DNA from: Vicinamibacterales bacterium
GTDB taxonomy: Bacteria; Acidobacteriota; Vicinamibacteria; Vicinamibacterales; UBA8438
NCBI GenBank assembly: GCA_963663195.1
Contig: OY760136.1
Span: forward strand, 4,359,079 to 4,423,078
Length of the DNA stretch: 64,000 bases
Direction: 5' to 3'
Every line of letters begins with the position of its first letter. Positions within the stretch are counted from its first letter, which is position 1. The notes beneath the pieces are model-generated. The model worked only from the letters and a program-made list of their open reading frames with translations. It ran no database searches and was not told the origin of the DNA. The translations under genes were made by a program, and so were the position numbers. Positions 63,107 through 64,000 of the stretch are shown here, piece by piece.

Positions 63107-64000
63107 ATGCAGCGAAGACTGCCGCCTGCCTGGCTGGAGCGCTTGCCGGTGCAACGAATCCAACGATCCCTGCTCATCTGCGCGCTGCTGCCGGCGGCCC
63201 TGTGCATGCCGGCGCCGGGACACGCGCAGCCGGCGGGCCGGCGCGTCGCCACGCTTGAATCGCTCACCTCCAGGCCTCTCTTCTTCCACGGCACCGACGT
63301 CATCGTGCAGGCCGATGTCGAGGCCGACGGCGTGCTGGCGTACCTGGTCGACGAGCGCGGCGTCCGCCTGCTGGCGCTCGACGTCACGCCGCCGCCGGCC
63401 GGCACGCGCGAGCGGCTGGAGGCGACCGGGACGTTCTACGACGTCGGTCGGCTCGAGCCGACCGATCCGCGGGTTTCGAACCTGCCATTCGATCGGCTGG
63501 CGACATCGCTGCTCGGCAAGGCGTGGCCGGGCGTGGGCGAGCTGCCGGTGCTGGTGGCCTCGTCCACACGCGTCGTCGCCGGCAGCGGACCGGGCGGCGC
63601 ATCGCTGCGGACGCTCGCGCTCGACCCGGACGCGCATGTCGGTGCGGCGGTCACGGTTTCCGGCCGCTTCCGCGGCCGCAACCTGTACGGCGACCTGCCC
63701 GCCTCGCCCGGGAAAAGCCGCTGGGATTTCGTGCTCGCATCCGTCGACGCGGCGGTCTGGGTGGCGGGCCGCGAGCCCAAAGGGGACGGGTTCGAGCTCG
63801 ACGTGCAGGCGCGCATCGACACCGGCCGCTGGCTGGAGGTGACCGGGGCCGTAGCACTGCACGACGGCATGGTCGTGATCGACGCCACGGACATCGCCCT
63901 GGCCGATCCGCCCTCGGACCGTGCGCCGATTACGCCCGTCCGGCCGCGGCAGGGCCCGCCGCCCGAGGTGATATTCAGCGCGCCGCTGCAGGACGACGTG
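63107..64000 (+). CDS. Secreted hypothetical protein (partial; two OB-fold-like repeats, Pro-rich linker, probable Ig-like domain)
   Basis: Not in the ORF track. Open frame from ATG 63107 or GTG 63149 to the window end: signal-like LLICALLPAALC...AQ, FHGTDVIV, VTVSGRFRGRNLYGDLP and PPPEVIFSAP. Confidence 0.6.
   Translation, partial: MQRRLPPAWLERLPVQRIQRSLLICALLPAALCMPAPGHAQPAGRRVATLESLTSRPLFFHGTDVIVQADVEADGVLAYLVDERGVRLLALDVTPPPAGTRERLEATGTFYDVGRLEPTDPRVSNLPFDRLATSLLGKAWPGVGELPVLVASSTRVVAGSGPGGASLRTLALDPDAHVGAAVTVSGRFRGRNLYGDLPASPGKSRWDFVLASVDAAVWVAGREPKGDGFELDVQARIDTGRWLEVTGAVALHDGMVVIDATDIALADPPSDRAPITPVRPRQGPPPEVIFSAPLQDDV

Overview
This is a GC-rich, gene-dense bacterial window. The gene set suggests Acidobacteriota, possibly Vicinamibacteria-like, but that is an inference. 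Housekeeping genes include phoH (partial), aspS, hisS, moaA, moaC, gltA, yacG, ppx, lepB, rex and a long-chain acyl-CoA ligase. The most interesting region is a minus-strand run at about 8.1-18.8 kb. Four genes there form a candidate new organoarsenical (arsenosugar or arsenolipid) pathway: an esterase, a TIGR04283-type glycosyltransferase, a GT-C membrane glycosyltransferase, and a fusion of PqqD/RRE-like, radical SAM, degenerate SPASM and arsenite methyltransferase (ArsM/AS3MT) domains. These are followed by a tetraether lipid synthase (Tes/GDGT-MAS)-like radical SAM enzyme, a Tat-signal linalool dehydratase/isomerase-like protein with an apparent ATA start codon, and a tandem YjbQ-domain protein. 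A selenoprotein (UxxC redoxin with a SECIS-like hairpin) at 23143-24201 is split in two by the ORF track. The window also holds a PspA/DUF350/DUF4178/K+ channel cluster converging on a membrane aminopropyltransferase and an FAD oxidase, a large MoxR-vWA operon, and a VapBC pair. Two MITE families and one REP-like family are present, and their relics supply start or stop codons to host genes. No rRNA, tRNA, CRISPR array or transposase was seen. All family calls come from motif recognition by eye, not from database searches.
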